Part shown: positions 46,095-56,450 of the stretch, one piece after another
How positions within the stretch are numbered: position 1 is the stretch's first letter
How the letters are laid out: each line of letters opens with the position of its first letter
Virus record (IMG/VR): IMGVR_UViG_3300033075_001055
DNA: 64,000 nt
Strand: one strand, 5' to 3'
Origin: an uncultured virus (IMG/VR IMGVR_UViG_3300033075_001055)
Taxonomy: Duplodnaviria > Heunggongvirae > Uroviricota > Caudoviricetes
The notes under the pieces: generated by a model
What the model was told of the DNA's origin: nothing
What the model saw: the letters and a program-made list of their open reading frames with translations, nothing else
Database searches by the model: none
Position numbers and translations under genes: made by a program

Positions 46095-46736
46095 TTAACG
46101 AATCTCCGACCCAATTTGTGCCTGCGCTAGTCGGTCGGGCTGAACCTCAGCGCCCAACCGCCACAACGCGCGATTTTTTAAAAACAGCGTCATCTGGGCA
46201 ACTGTCATTTGCGCGCACGTACCCGACCGCGTCCACAGCGCCGCCGGTTCCAGCGTCGAGCCAACCTCGTAGATCGCGGTCGCGGATGGGAGCCCCAAAC
46301 TGTCCTGGCCGACGGTTTGCCACACAAAGCGGGGCTTGTGCATCTCGCCAGTGATGACGAATGGCACGGAACATGCAGAGTCCGCGAAAACGCTGGATGC
46401 TGCACTATGCGCGGCCGGCGGTGCATCTGAAAGTCGGCGAACTGGCACCCATGAATCCGTGGGCAACCAAGCCATGCGGGCCATTCGGTCGTATCCCAGC
46501 GTGACAATGGAGTGCAGATCCGTGTCGTATTGCACTCGGCCCATATCCGCCTTGGTGCCGTCTGGATTCGTGTGAAACAGCACTTGCGACACGATGCGCC
46601 CAAGTTTCGCAGGGACAAGATCGGGCGTCGCAATGGCTGGCGAGGTCATATCCGGAACATCCAACGGCGGTGTGTCGGTGATCTCGGGCGGGGTACTACA
46701 GGCCAGGAGCAAGGGGATCCAAAGGAGTTTGCGCAT
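46095..46736 (-). CDS. lipoprotein
   Basis: MRKLLWIPLLLAC lipobox; Pro/Asp linker. Confidence 0.65.
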   Translation of the reverse strand: MRKLLWIPLLLACSTPPEITDTPPLDVPDMTSPAIATPDLVPAKLGRIVSQVLFHTNPDGTKADMGRVQYDTDLHSIVTLGYDRMARMAWLPTDSWVPVRRLSDAPPAAHSAASSVFADSACSVPFVITGEMHKPRFVWQTVGQDSLGLPSATAIYEVGSTLEPAALWTRSGTCAQMTVAQMTLFLKNRALWRLGAEVQPDRLAQAQIGSEIR

Positions 46737-46758
46737 GTTGTCTCTCGGCTTTCGGCTG

Positions 46759-48513
46759 TTACATCCCCGGAATCATCATCCCCGGTAACGCAAGAAACGT
46801 GCCAGGAATCGGGGCTTTCGTCAAGATAAGGTTTGCGCCCTGATAGGCGTGTCGGATGCGGGTCAATGCCTGCTGCGCCTCTCGCAAATCGGACGCAGAT
46901 GCAAGGCCAGTCAGGGCAGGGTCCACATAGACTCCCCACCATTGTTTCCAGCGCCCCTTGCCGCAGTTTCGGGACACGTTAGGCACGCGGGCAGGCCACG
47001 GGGGACCGATGGGCTGCGGAGTGGGCTGCGTCACATCGTAGCGCGGACAACCCGGGGCATAGAGCGTGCATCCCACAAGATTCACTGCCGGACTCCCGTT
47101 GTCGCGGAAGAGTTCAATCTTCCAGTTCCCATGAACCGGATGACCTGCAAATTCCACGCCAAATAGGATCGCCGTCGTAACCTCGTGATAGCGTGTAATC
47201 GGGTTCCACGTTTTCTGAAAGCCGTCTGGCGCAGTCACCTTGACAGAAATGTGCTTTCCGGCGGAAACGTCGAACACCAGCGAGATCCACACGCCCGAGT
47301 TCCAGACCGGTCCACCATCGTACAGGTGAGGGGTCAAAAGCGTTGTCCCGCCCCCGGCAAAGTCTGCTATTGCAACTGGCGTGCCAATTGGAAACACGTA
47401 CTGCACGGCAGAACGCAGAACAGAGGCTGAGATTTCCAGAATCTCTAGCGTCGTCGGGTCGCTGTAACCCAGGTCGATACCGACCGCGGCGGCAATCGCG
47501 AACAGCGTAGAGCCCTGCCCGTATTCCCGCAGCCGCGCGACGACCAATGCCCGCAAATCGTCGGCTTTCTGGGGGTTGCTGATGATTTGAAACAACGCCC
47601 GCCAGTCGGCAAGTTTCAGAATCGCTCTCGACGGGTCTAGTTCCCGTTCCCAGATGTCGATTAGGTCCCAAAACAGGCGTTTAAAGATGTCCGCCCACCA
47701 ATCCATCAGCTCGGAATCCGGCGAGGACTGCCCCGCGTCGTCGTGCCCGAATTCGTGGAATGTGTTCGGCGGGAACCAGTCAATAGCCTGCGTCCGCGCC
47801 TGAATCGTGGTCACACTCGGTGCTGGGGGCTCATATGGCGCCGGTAACGTGTGCGTAAGCGGAATCGGGGCACGCAGAAGTCCTAGCGGGCTGCCCGTGA
47901 TGTCGTACAGACTGATAATCGGTATCGTGCCGTCGCTGTAAACCGTCGCCTGCGGAACAACCGGCGCCCCGCCCGTGTTCTGCACCTGTAGCGTGATTTC
48001 TAGCGCCAAAAAGTCGCCGGCCAGAATGTTGATCGCGTAGCCGGGAACGAATTGGTTGATAACTGTGCGCTCGTCGACGGAGTTCTGAGCGGCGCCGTTG
48101 ATTGCCTGCGTATTGAAGATGGTGCCGCGTATGCCGCCGTGCGTACCGTCGATAACGTACAGCGCCGCGAACGCTTGCCACTTGAGAGTCAGGCTCGCGT
48201 TGGCAAGTTTGACCGCGTAACTGACCTCCCACGGTCCGGCTGGAATCGACGCACCTTCTAGCGGGTCGCTTAGAAACTGCGCGAACGCCAGAAACTGGTC
48301 TGTGCCCGCTGGGACCGCGGACCAAGTCGTGGACGCGCTTTGTTGTGCTGGCACGCCGTTTGCTTGCAACGGTCCCATATACCGGGCGCCGGACCCTACG
48401 CCGTTGCTCAGTCCTTGATGCCACGGACCGATAAACGCATCCGGATGGCGGATAAATGAGACCGCGGGCAGTCCCAGGCGCAGGTAAAACGTCTGTACGT
48501 CGCGGGCGCCCAT
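46759..48513 (-). CDS. baseplate wedge protein (Mu gp48/P2 gpI-like) with extra domains
   Basis: position after gpJ; ELDP...LADWRALF motif; P-domain-like insert. Confidence 0.65.
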   Translation of the reverse strand: MGARDVQTFYLRLGLPAVSFIRHPDAFIGPWHQGLSNGVGSGARYMGPLQANGVPAQQSASTTWSAVPAGTDQFLAFAQFLSDPLEGASIPAGPWEVSYAVKLANASLTLKWQAFAALYVIDGTHGGIRGTIFNTQAINGAAQNSVDERTVINQFVPGYAINILAGDFLALEITLQVQNTGGAPVVPQATVYSDGTIPIISLYDITGSPLGLLRAPIPLTHTLPAPYEPPAPSVTTIQARTQAIDWFPPNTFHEFGHDDAGQSSPDSELMDWWADIFKRLFWDLIDIWERELDPSRAILKLADWRALFQIISNPQKADDLRALVVARLREYGQGSTLFAIAAAVGIDLGYSDPTTLEILEISASVLRSAVQYVFPIGTPVAIADFAGGGTTLLTPHLYDGGPVWNSGVWISLVFDVSAGKHISVKVTAPDGFQKTWNPITRYHEVTTAILFGVEFAGHPVHGNWKIELFRDNGSPAVNLVGCTLYAPGCPRYDVTQPTPQPIGPPWPARVPNVSRNCGKGRWKQWWGVYVDPALTGLASASDLREAQQALTRIRHAYQGANLILTKAPIPGTFLALPGMMIPGM

Positions 48514-50124
48514 TTAGTCCGTCACCAAGATGCGCAAAGCATACAGCAAAGAGGGGCCGAACGTGCTGTTATCCTCGGCTTGAACGTTTGCAGCAAGTAG
48601 CGTGCCAGTCCCTACGCCGATCTTGACTTCGCCCGGCAGACAGGACGCAATGAGCGGGGTCACGCCATCGCTGGCAAGCGTGTTTTTTGCTGCTGCATCG
48701 ATACCACCTTGGGGCGCCGCCGTGTCTTCCCAAAGGTCGTTAGGATCTTGCAGTCCAGAGACGCGGGACGGTCCCAGATTGTCGTAGTAGTCCAGCACCG
48801 CGGCGCCGATGCCCGTTTGCGGGTCGTTTATCGACTCCGACCCGCTGTAAACCTCATCGCCTGGGCTTGGATTGACCCAGCCGACCGGCAGCGGCAGTTC
48901 AAGCGTCAGTGTCGTTTTGCCGGCAGCGTCCGCAAATGCCGTGCATCGCGCCATCGGGGGCACAACCTGACCCACGGGCAAGCCAGCGACGCGCGTATCG
49001 ACCCAGATGCGCGGTTTCTGCCCGTTGCTAATTGCGGTCTTGAGGTCAGGCGGCGCAAGTCCTGTCAACCGCAGCGAGTTACTAACCGCCAAGTCGACGA
49101 CGTACGGTGTGGCGCCGCGGACCCAATCGAACGCATATAGCGGTTTGCTTGGCACGACGCGAAGTTTCGTCACGGTCCCGGTATGGTTCGGGTCCATGTA
49201 CGGAGCGATTATACGTATCGAGTTCGTGATAGGCGACAGTCCCGCGGCGGTGGTCGTGCCGCGAATATATCGCAAATCGTCCACAAGTTCTTGCGCGGTA
49301 GGCATGCGACCGAGCCCAGAGCCCACGCGCGTCAACACGCCCATTACGCCGTTGACGCCATCGTATCCGCCACCTGACCCGCTGTTTCGGTTGCCGCCTG
49401 AATAGCCGTAAAATCGCAGACCGCCGACCGGTGCGCCGTTGCTGTCGGTTGCCTCTTCGCCCCACGTTCGGTAGTCCTGTGGCGCGCCCCCTTTCGGCGG
49501 CAATTGCAGGCGGTCGAGTAGGCGCTGGTTTGCATCCCCGGGCGATTCCTGGTCTGTGCCATTTGCGACAGGGTTTGTCAGCGTGACGACGTCAGCGCTC
49601 CCAAGCGGGGTCGCGTCCCATGTCAGTTGCGCGGGCGGGCTTAGGTTGCCGACTGCGCCCGCCGTCACGGCATCAATCGTGATGTTGACCTGCCCCGTCC
49701 CAGGAGGCACGCCTGGGATGGTATACGGACCGCCGACCACGATGTATTGCGTGGAGCCATCTGGTCCGGTAAGCGTCAACCCTGGTGCATAAACCGTACT
49801 AAGTGCGCCAGTTGCTTCAACAATGCCACCCTTTGCCGTTTGCGCGACGCGAAACCCGTAGCCCCCGGCATTGTTCGGCAGTCCAAACGTTTCCATCTGC
49901 CGTTGCAGGTTCGTCAAACTGGTCTGATTCGACGGTGGCCAATCTGCGTCAAGCTGTCGCAATGCTGCATCAAACGACGTGCGCCCGACAACAAACATGC
50001 GCGCGATTTTGCCGACGAAATTTAGGTCGCCGATCGCCCATTGTGCCAAGCGGTTGCCGGCAAAAGCGAGCGTTTGCGCGAGTAAAGCGGACGGCTGGGC
50101 AAGTAGTTCGGATGCGCTCGGCAT
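48514..50124 (-). CDS. baseplate J-like protein (Mu gp47)
   Basis: AVTAGAVGNL, GTDQES, RLLDRLQLPPKGGAPQDYRTW. Confidence 0.85.
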   Translation of the reverse strand: MPSASELLAQPSALLAQTLAFAGNRLAQWAIGDLNFVGKIARMFVVGRTSFDAALRQLDADWPPSNQTSLTNLQRQMETFGLPNNAGGYGFRVAQTAKGGIVEATGALSTVYAPGLTLTGPDGSTQYIVVGGPYTIPGVPPGTGQVNITIDAVTAGAVGNLSPPAQLTWDATPLGSADVVTLTNPVANGTDQESPGDANQRLLDRLQLPPKGGAPQDYRTWGEEATDSNGAPVGGLRFYGYSGGNRNSGSGGGYDGVNGVMGVLTRVGSGLGRMPTAQELVDDLRYIRGTTTAAGLSPITNSIRIIAPYMDPNHTGTVTKLRVVPSKPLYAFDWVRGATPYVVDLAVSNSLRLTGLAPPDLKTAISNGQKPRIWVDTRVAGLPVGQVVPPMARCTAFADAAGKTTLTLELPLPVGWVNPSPGDEVYSGSESINDPQTGIGAAVLDYYDNLGPSRVSGLQDPNDLWEDTAAPQGGIDAAAKNTLASDGVTPLIASCLPGEVKIGVGTGTLLAANVQAEDNSTFGPSLLYALRILVTD

Positions 50125-50516
50125 TAGGTCGTGACCTCAAACGGCAGCGGGGCAGCAGGTCGCCCAGGCTGTTGGTATTCAATGTTGCCCGTGATCGCCG
50201 TCCCATCTGGTCGACGTAGCAGGCGAATGTCAGTGCAAACCGCGCGGACGATGTCTTGCGATTGCACAAGCGGGTCCAGCCTGCTTTCGACCGCGGACTT
50301 GAACAGCGTCGGCGTGTTGCTCGTGCTTTCCGGAAACTCTTTCAGGATTGAGCCCCGGCGCTGCGTCTCTTCCATGGGCCAGCCTGGATCCTCGAACAGC
50401 ATCGACAGCGCTGGATAGTCTGGACGGTCCGAAAACACGGGCTCGCCGTTTTCCAGCACGATGCGGTATCGCCCCGTGCGCGTGTTGATTGACATCACTG
50501 GATCGCCGACAGCCAT
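50124..50516 (-). CDS. baseplate protein (Mu gp46/gpW-like)
   Basis: position; LSMLF...GW...RGS.L motif. Confidence 0.65.
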   Translation of the reverse strand: MAVGDPVMSINTRTGRYRIVLENGEPVFSDRPDYPALSMLFEDPGWPMEETQRRGSILKEFPESTSNTPTLFKSAVESRLDPLVQSQDIVRAVCTDIRLLRRPDGTAITGNIEYQQPGRPAAPLPFEVTT

Positions 50517-50519
50517 GCG

Positions 50520-51260
50520 TCACGCCTTAAAGTGGTCTGCGCCCGTGGTGATTGTGCCGCCGATGATGACATCTTCCTGGAAGCCGTCCGGTGGAACATT
50601 GGGCGTCCCTCCAGGAACATTGAAATCCATCAGCGTTTTTGGAATGAAGTGATAGGCCGAGTTCGGATCATCGCTACGATAGGTCATCTTGACGTTGAGG
50701 CTCATCGTCATCGGATCGATCTTCATCTCAACTTGAAGTTGGCCACTGACCACGATGTCGCTCACGCGGGCGACCTTAAGCGTGCCGTGATTTACGACGA
50801 CATCCTGCGAAGCGGGCGCATTGAAACCGCTGTCTATCTCAACCTTGCCCGTTTCCCGCGTCCACATCGTCGCACGTTGCGCCGTCGTGTCCGTGAGGTT
50901 GTACTGGCACGAATCGCCGACCTTGCCGCCGCTGGGGCGATAGGTCGCAGATGCAAGCGGGAAGTATTGACCGTTGCTTGCGTCGCCGATGACCTGGGCA
51001 GGTTCGCGCAACCGGGGAATGGTCAAATGCCCCGCGTATTCTAGCCGTCCCAGCGTCGTGGCCGCGTCTGGGTCGTTCGACTCCGTAGAGCCCCACAACC
51101 GCACGCGGTCAACCAACAATTCCGCGCCACTGTCCGCCGTACTGATGTTGTCTAGCGACCCAAGAGGCGCAGAGATAGCAGCCCGACCCGCGAACATCTC
51201 GCGAATCTGGTCCATCATGTCCCGCAGCGCTGCGTTTAATTCGGGTCGTGTGACGTACAT
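50520..51260 (-). CDS. baseplate spike/assembly protein (Mu gp45/gpV-like)
   Basis: position; YRP...GD..QY; VARVSD...GTITTG C-terminus. Confidence 0.65.
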   Translation of the reverse strand: MYVTRPELNAALRDMMDQIREMFAGRAAISAPLGSLDNISTADSGAELLVDRVRLWGSTESNDPDAATTLGRLEYAGHLTIPRLREPAQVIGDASNGQYFPLASATYRPSGGKVGDSCQYNLTDTTAQRATMWTRETGKVEIDSGFNAPASQDVVVNHGTLKVARVSDIVVSGQLQVEMKIDPMTMSLNVKMTYRSDDPNSAYHFIPKTLMDFNVPGGTPNVPPDGFQEDVIIGGTITTGADHFKA

Positions 51261-52706
51261 TTATGCAGCCAAGAGTTTGTCTTTTTTGCAGGTCAGAACC
51301 GTGTACGAAGCAATGCCCTCGTCGCCCCGGTCCTCTTGCCTGTACTCGACAGCAGACACGTACCTGATTTCGTTGCAGTACAGTTTATCACTGCGCACGT
51401 CAATCCGTGAGTTGGGCGCGAACGGCAGCCCGTTTTGACTGTGCCCGGTGGCGGTCAGGGTCACGGTGTCCGAATTGTACACGCCCTGCTTATAGCGCCA
51501 CTCTGCCCGCTGCTGTGCCCGGTCGTTATCGTACCGCTCATTGTCCGCGAACGTCAGTCGGCGCCGGTAGTAATATTTTGCGTCTGAATAGTCGGAATAA
51601 TGCCCCCGAGTCATGCCATACAAGGGATTATCGCGCTCATAGAACGCCAGCCCGTACAAAATCGACCCGAAGCACCACACGTCATTACTGCGCGCCTCGC
51701 TGTCGATCGTGCGCTGTCCATCTTCCATGTTGTTACGGCTGGACAGCCCTGGGTCGCGGTTGTAGTTCGCGACGTACTGCGGAGGCGTCGTGTAATCAGG
51801 GCTGAAAAACTCTAGGTCGCCCTCTGGTGAGCAGTTCACCAGCCGCCCGCGCGGACCGTTGCCTTCCTGTGCAAATTTGGCATATCGAATCAGAATGTCC
51901 GCCACCGTCTCGCCGGGCTGTACTAGAACCTTTGGCGTGTAGGCTTTGAAGTTGATCTGGTTTGCTGCCAGCACTTCGCCACGGGTCTGCGCCCGCTGCG
52001 CCTGCGCGAGTTCCTTGTTTATCTTGGCGGTCTCAGCGTCTAGCCGCCCCTGTCTCAGTTGCCGGCTAAGACTGATTCCAAGAATCGACCGGATGCCCCA
52101 CGCATTGTTTCCAAAGGTGTCGACAAGTTGCCCGGACGCATTGCGCTGCTTACCCAGGAACACGTTTGGCTGAACCCACGATGGGTCAATGAGAAGTCCC
52201 GCCATGCGCTGCCATGAGGCCCCCAGTAGGTTGTATTTCTCTCCGACGGGTGCGCAGGAAGTTAGCAGGTAGCCCAGATCGTAGCCACTGACCGTCACAA
52301 GAGAGCCACTGAACCCGCTGGCCACATCAACGTGCGTGATTACGCCCTGCATCCATGGGCGCTCGACGCCATTGTTGACAAACGGGTCCTTATGGAAAAT
52401 CTTAATCGGGACAAGTATCTTGCTCGTCACGACATCGACGAGCCATTGCAGTTGCCCATCGTCATCGACCAGCACAAACCGGAACGGATCGTAAAGCTGT
52501 TGCACGTCGGCGCGCAGCGAGAAGTTTTTGATATCCGGCCGCTTGCCTTTGGGGTCGCCAGCAATCTGCACCGTGATCCGCGGCGTGATGTCGCCATCGG
52601 CAAGGCTCTGCGTTTGGGCTGCACTTGCAGGCGCGAACGGGTCCCCACCCGGTAAGATGCCAGGGCGACGACTGAGGACCGCCGTGCTGTTCGCGCTGTT
52701 AGCCAT
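51261..52706 (-). CDS. baseplate hub protein (Mu gp44/gpP-like)
   Basis: VSGYDLGYLLTSC, VQPGET, SPEGDL; position. Confidence 0.75.
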   Translation of the reverse strand: MANSANSTAVLSRRPGILPGGDPFAPASAAQTQSLADGDITPRITVQIAGDPKGKRPDIKNFSLRADVQQLYDPFRFVLVDDDGQLQWLVDVVTSKILVPIKIFHKDPFVNNGVERPWMQGVITHVDVASGFSGSLVTVSGYDLGYLLTSCAPVGEKYNLLGASWQRMAGLLIDPSWVQPNVFLGKQRNASGQLVDTFGNNAWGIRSILGISLSRQLRQGRLDAETAKINKELAQAQRAQTRGEVLAANQINFKAYTPKVLVQPGETVADILIRYAKFAQEGNGPRGRLVNCSPEGDLEFFSPDYTTPPQYVANYNRDPGLSSRNNMEDGQRTIDSEARSNDVWCFGSILYGLAFYERDNPLYGMTRGHYSDYSDAKYYYRRRLTFADNERYDNDRAQQRAEWRYKQGVYNSDTVTLTATGHSQNGLPFAPNSRIDVRSDKLYCNEIRYVSAVEYRQEDRGDEGIASYTVLTCKKDKLLAA

Positions 52707-53680
52707 TAGGGCGCCGGAATTGTGAGCAGTTGACCGCCGACGAGCGCATCAGGGCGCAGCAGTCTGTTTGTGGTCAGGATGTTTTGCATGATCGCGAATT
52801 TGTCGTCGATATTGCGCGTTGGGTAGAGTGCGCCGACAAACCGTGTCAGGTTCATTCCCTCGGGCACGGGCCAGATAATCGGCGGGGGCAGATTCGCACG
52901 TATCGACTGTTCTAGGTTGCGACACTGCCGAAGCGTGACCTCTGCCGCGTCCACGCTGGTCGCCCCGTACGGGTTCAGAGTCTGAATCGGGCGCAAAGCA
53001 AGCGTCGCGGCATCTAGCAGGGTCGGGAGCCTGGTTAGCCGGGTGGCGAGTTCCGGCGTGATTTGCCCTGCCGTGAATTGGTCAAGCGCCGCCGCCGCGA
53101 AATCGGACGCAGCCGTGGTAAAGGTCGTCATGCTGGACTGAACCAGCAGCGATTGCGACCGCAGGCGCAGTGACGATGCCCCGCGCGTGTACCGTTCGAA
53201 AATAGCGCCGACGTAGTTTGTCATCTGCGCGTTTGTCTCGGTCACGCTGGCGGAAATTTCGTTAGCCATTGCCGACGGAGTGCGCGAAAAGTTCAGTTCA
53301 TTGGTGAGGGTGTCTTCTTCGAACGTGAGCGTGACCGCGTAGTGCGTGCCACGACTGACCGGGTCCCAGGAACCAGACACCGGACCCTTAAGCACCATGC
53401 GGATGGGGCCGTACAGATAATGTGTCAGCGTCCCGCGCGGTTTCTGAATGATGGGACCGAGAATCGCCCGCGCATTGTTCGCCCACTCCAGTCCCGCGAA
53501 TTCAAGCGAGTACTCCGACCGAAACGGCAAATCGCCCGTTTGTTCCTGCCGTGCTCCACGACGATGCGGGATGCGGTGCGCGACAAATGACGGGCCGTAC
53601 TGCGAATCCTTGACGTTCGTGACGTACTTCGCGAACTCGACGCCATTGAAGGCAGAGGTCTGAACACCGACAACCGCCAT
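52706..53680 (-). CDS. DNA circularization/tail initiator protein (Mu gpN-like) with a LysM-like end
   Basis: SAFNGVEF...HRIPHRRGA.QE.TG; N...PD.L..GQLLTIP. Confidence 0.78.
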   Translation of the reverse strand: MAVVGVQTSAFNGVEFAKYVTNVKDSQYGPSFVAHRIPHRRGARQEQTGDLPFRSEYSLEFAGLEWANNARAILGPIIQKPRGTLTHYLYGPIRMVLKGPVSGSWDPVSRGTHYAVTLTFEEDTLTNELNFSRTPSAMANEISASVTETNAQMTNYVGAIFERYTRGASSLRLRSQSLLVQSSMTTFTTAASDFAAAALDQFTAGQITPELATRLTRLPTLLDAATLALRPIQTLNPYGATSVDAAEVTLRQCRNLEQSIRANLPPPIIWPVPEGMNLTRFVGALYPTRNIDDKFAIMQNILTTNRLLRPDALVGGQLLTIPAP

Positions 53681-55236
53681 TAGCGCACCTGTGCCCCGCC
53701 GCCGGAAATGGGCGGAATCGGGGTAGCCATGCGAACGGTCAGCACCTTTTGACCGATAGCGTCAGCGGTATCGCGAGCTGTGGTCTTCTGCGCGCTGGTG
53801 AACATGGACCAGAACGAGCCCTTTTCTACGCTGCCCTCCGGCACATTGAGCCCCTTCGCCTGCCGCGTCACGCTTCGCCCCGCGGCGCTTTCCTCGGACA
53901 CGCTTTCGCTCATGCCAGCGGCAACCATCACGCCAGCCCCTAGCGCTGGATGCACGTTGCTTAAAAACAGGCCACCTTGCTTGACGTAGCCCATGCTCTG
54001 ATTAGGCTCTTTCCCAAGGTCCGGTTTGCGGGCTATCGCATCCTCGATTGCTAATTGTGTTTCTCCCTTGGTTTCCCGCGCTTGTTTTTGCAGCCAGAGG
54101 TCGCCAAATTGCCGCTTCATCTCGGGCGTCATCTCGGTTTTTTTCGCACGTTCCCCGATCGGTGATGGTCCGCCCGCGGCGCCTGCCTCAAGTGCAGCCA
54201 TCACGTCCTGCTGAATCTGCGGCGCGTTTTTGACCGCCCCCGCTAGCAGGGGAGAGAAGTTCTGCATGAGCAATTTTTGGAGCATGGCATCATCGCCGCC
54301 CAGCCCCTTGTTATGCTTGACGGCGAGTTGATTGAGCATGCCCAAGAGTTGGGGCAGGGTCTGCTTAAGGCGCCCGTACTCGTCGGTTAGCGTTTCCTTC
54401 TTCCCGATGATGCCAGCGCTTCTAAATTGCCGTGTCAGCCCTTGCAGGTCCCCGGTGAAGTACGAGGACAGTTGCGAGACCGCGCTTTCTGCCTGTGCCT
54501 CTGATAGTCCCTGTTTGCGCAGCGCGGGCAGAAGTGCGGCCGCGCTCTTTCCGAATTCCTGACCGCGCTTGCCGCCTGCTGTCTGCATGCCAAGTTGCCC
54601 GCTGAGTCGTTCGAAGCCCTGGATCGCCTGCTGCCCGCTTTGTCCGAGACGTTCAGCGCCGCGCACGGCAGCATCAAAAAAAGCCTGCGCGTTGCCCTGG
54701 CCCTTGACCCCAAACATCTGGTCCATGGTCGCGGCAAGTGGCGCCATCTCGGTAACAGACTGGCGCCCGAGATAGCGCGCGATGTTGCTGTAGTCCTGCG
54801 CGCCCTCGGTTGCCGTTTTCCAGTCGCCGGTAAGTTCTCGAATCGAATCCGCGTAGTTGGCAACGTCCCCAGGTAGGCGACCGGTCTTGGCTGACATTTG
54901 ATCGATTTGTTGCCCGATCTTCTGCCAATCCTCCCCGGTCGCGCCCATGATGCGGGTCGACTCCTGGCGCCACGTTCGCGCGTTGCCAAGTGCCTGCGCC
55001 ATCGCCTGCTGCATGGGAGCGAGAGCGGTCCCAAGCACGTTGCGCGCAACGTCAGCCCCGAAGCGCGCCATACCCTTACCAAGCGACTGGAACGAAACGT
55101 CAAGCGCGCCAACGGACTTTTTGCCCTCCTTTTCGAGGTCGCGAAAAGCCCGTGCAGCGTCCGTCATGAACTTCACAAACTGAGCCGGGTCAGTCGATAT
55201 GACGATTTTGGCTTCGTTGTTTGCGGATTCGCTCAT
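53680..55236 (-). CDS. tape measure protein (518 aa)
   Basis: Ala/Gly/Gln-rich helical sequence directly after the frameshifted chaperone. Confidence 0.8.
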   Translation of the reverse strand: MSESANNEAKIVISTDPAQFVKFMTDAARAFRDLEKEGKKSVGALDVSFQSLGKGMARFGADVARNVLGTALAPMQQAMAQALGNARTWRQESTRIMGATGEDWQKIGQQIDQMSAKTGRLPGDVANYADSIRELTGDWKTATEGAQDYSNIARYLGRQSVTEMAPLAATMDQMFGVKGQGNAQAFFDAAVRGAERLGQSGQQAIQGFERLSGQLGMQTAGGKRGQEFGKSAAALLPALRKQGLSEAQAESAVSQLSSYFTGDLQGLTRQFRSAGIIGKKETLTDEYGRLKQTLPQLLGMLNQLAVKHNKGLGGDDAMLQKLLMQNFSPLLAGAVKNAPQIQQDVMAALEAGAAGGPSPIGERAKKTEMTPEMKRQFGDLWLQKQARETKGETQLAIEDAIARKPDLGKEPNQSMGYVKQGGLFLSNVHPALGAGVMVAAGMSESVSEESAAGRSVTRQAKGLNVPEGSVEKGSFWSMFTSAQKTTARDTADAIGQKVLTVRMATPIPPISGGGAQVR

Positions 55237-55239
55237 GCC

Positions 55240-55943
55240 TTAGAGTTTCCAATACAGCGGCGCTACATATTCGCGCCTTGCTCGGTCTATAACCTGCGAC
55301 AGACTACACCCGGACGCAGCGCACATCAACGCAGCCCAGCGCCACCATTCCCAGCGCCGGACCGCGCCATGACCTCGTTCAAACCACGCGCCAGCCGAAG
55401 CACTTGCCAATAACCCCGCTCTGAGAGCAGGGTCACGAGCGACTTTTTTTGAGCGTCCGCAAGCATGCCCTCCCACTGGTCATCGGTCACGGTCGATGGG
55501 AATTCCAGCCGCCGGAACGTTTCATAGTCCGCCCACAGAACATCAGCCTGCGTGCAGAACTTGCGCACATCAGCGTCGTTAATGGTTTCGAATAGCAGTT
55601 GATCCTTCTGCTGTAGCGCGCCCTTTTCCAGTATCGCCGTCGGGAACGGAAACACGTGCGTTTTGTACGTGCCGTCGTCAGCCCGCAGCGCCCAAGAAAT
55701 CATAAGCAGCCGCTGTTCGTCTGCGATTTGGTCCTCGGTCGGTTTGCGCTGCAACAGCCGCGTCGTGTAAAAGTCCGCGGCGGCTTTGCAAATCGCTTCC
55801 ACGCTCGGCGGAATCCACCGAAAACGGGCGCGAACCTGCTCCACATCGCAAGCGCTTCCATCGTCCCCGGACACGGCTTTATAGACCGTCAGAGGCTCGC
55901 TAATGAGTCGGACGCGACCCGTTTCTGCACCGTGCATTTGCAT
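55240..55943 (-). CDS. tail assembly chaperone G (55326-55943) and -1 frameshift product GT (to 55240)
   Basis: in-phase A_AAA_AAG at 55443-55449; the -1 frame is open to a stop 3 nt before the tape measure ATG. Confidence 0.8.
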
Positions 55944-56042
55944 TGTCTCGGCTCCATGCTCCTCGGCTTGTTTAAATCCCCAACCGCGGCGGGGTGCGCT
56001 AGAGGGCCGAGGATCCTCCGCCCCGCCGCGGCCAGGAACTTA

Positions 56043-56441
56043 TCACGATCCGGGGATGCGGCGCGTACCACGAACCCGCGGGATCGTTACAGTGATGTCA
56101 CCGTTTTCGTTGTTCACCGACGTAGTTTGCCCCTCGCACAGGCACGATTGCAAGGTCTGCTGCGTGCCCCCAAAGTTCGGATCGCCTTCGTTCCAGGTCA
56201 CGTCGAATTCCTGCCCCGGCAGCGTATGCGACCAAGGGCGGAACAATAGACCCGACGGACGAATGCGAAAGGTCAGTTGCTCGATTGAATGCGTCTCACC
56301 CTGTCCGGCGTACTGGTCAATCGGTCCATCGCTACCCTGCGCGACACCACCGGGACGCGACGACGTGACCTGAATCTGAGGCCCCATCGCGTCCAGCTTC
56401 ACGCCGTTGAAGCGAAACGTGATTTTCGTTGTAATCGCCAT
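56043..56441 (-). CDS. tail tube protein
   Basis: 132 aa right after the sheath; AAGGA RBS. Confidence 0.75.
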   Translation of the reverse strand: MAITTKITFRFNGVKLDAMGPQIQVTSSRPGGVAQGSDGPIDQYAGQGETHSIEQLTFRIRPSGLLFRPWSHTLPGQEFDVTWNEGDPNFGGTQQTLQSCLCEGQTTSVNNENGDITVTIPRVRGTRRIPGS

Positions 56442-56450
56442 GGTCGTTCC

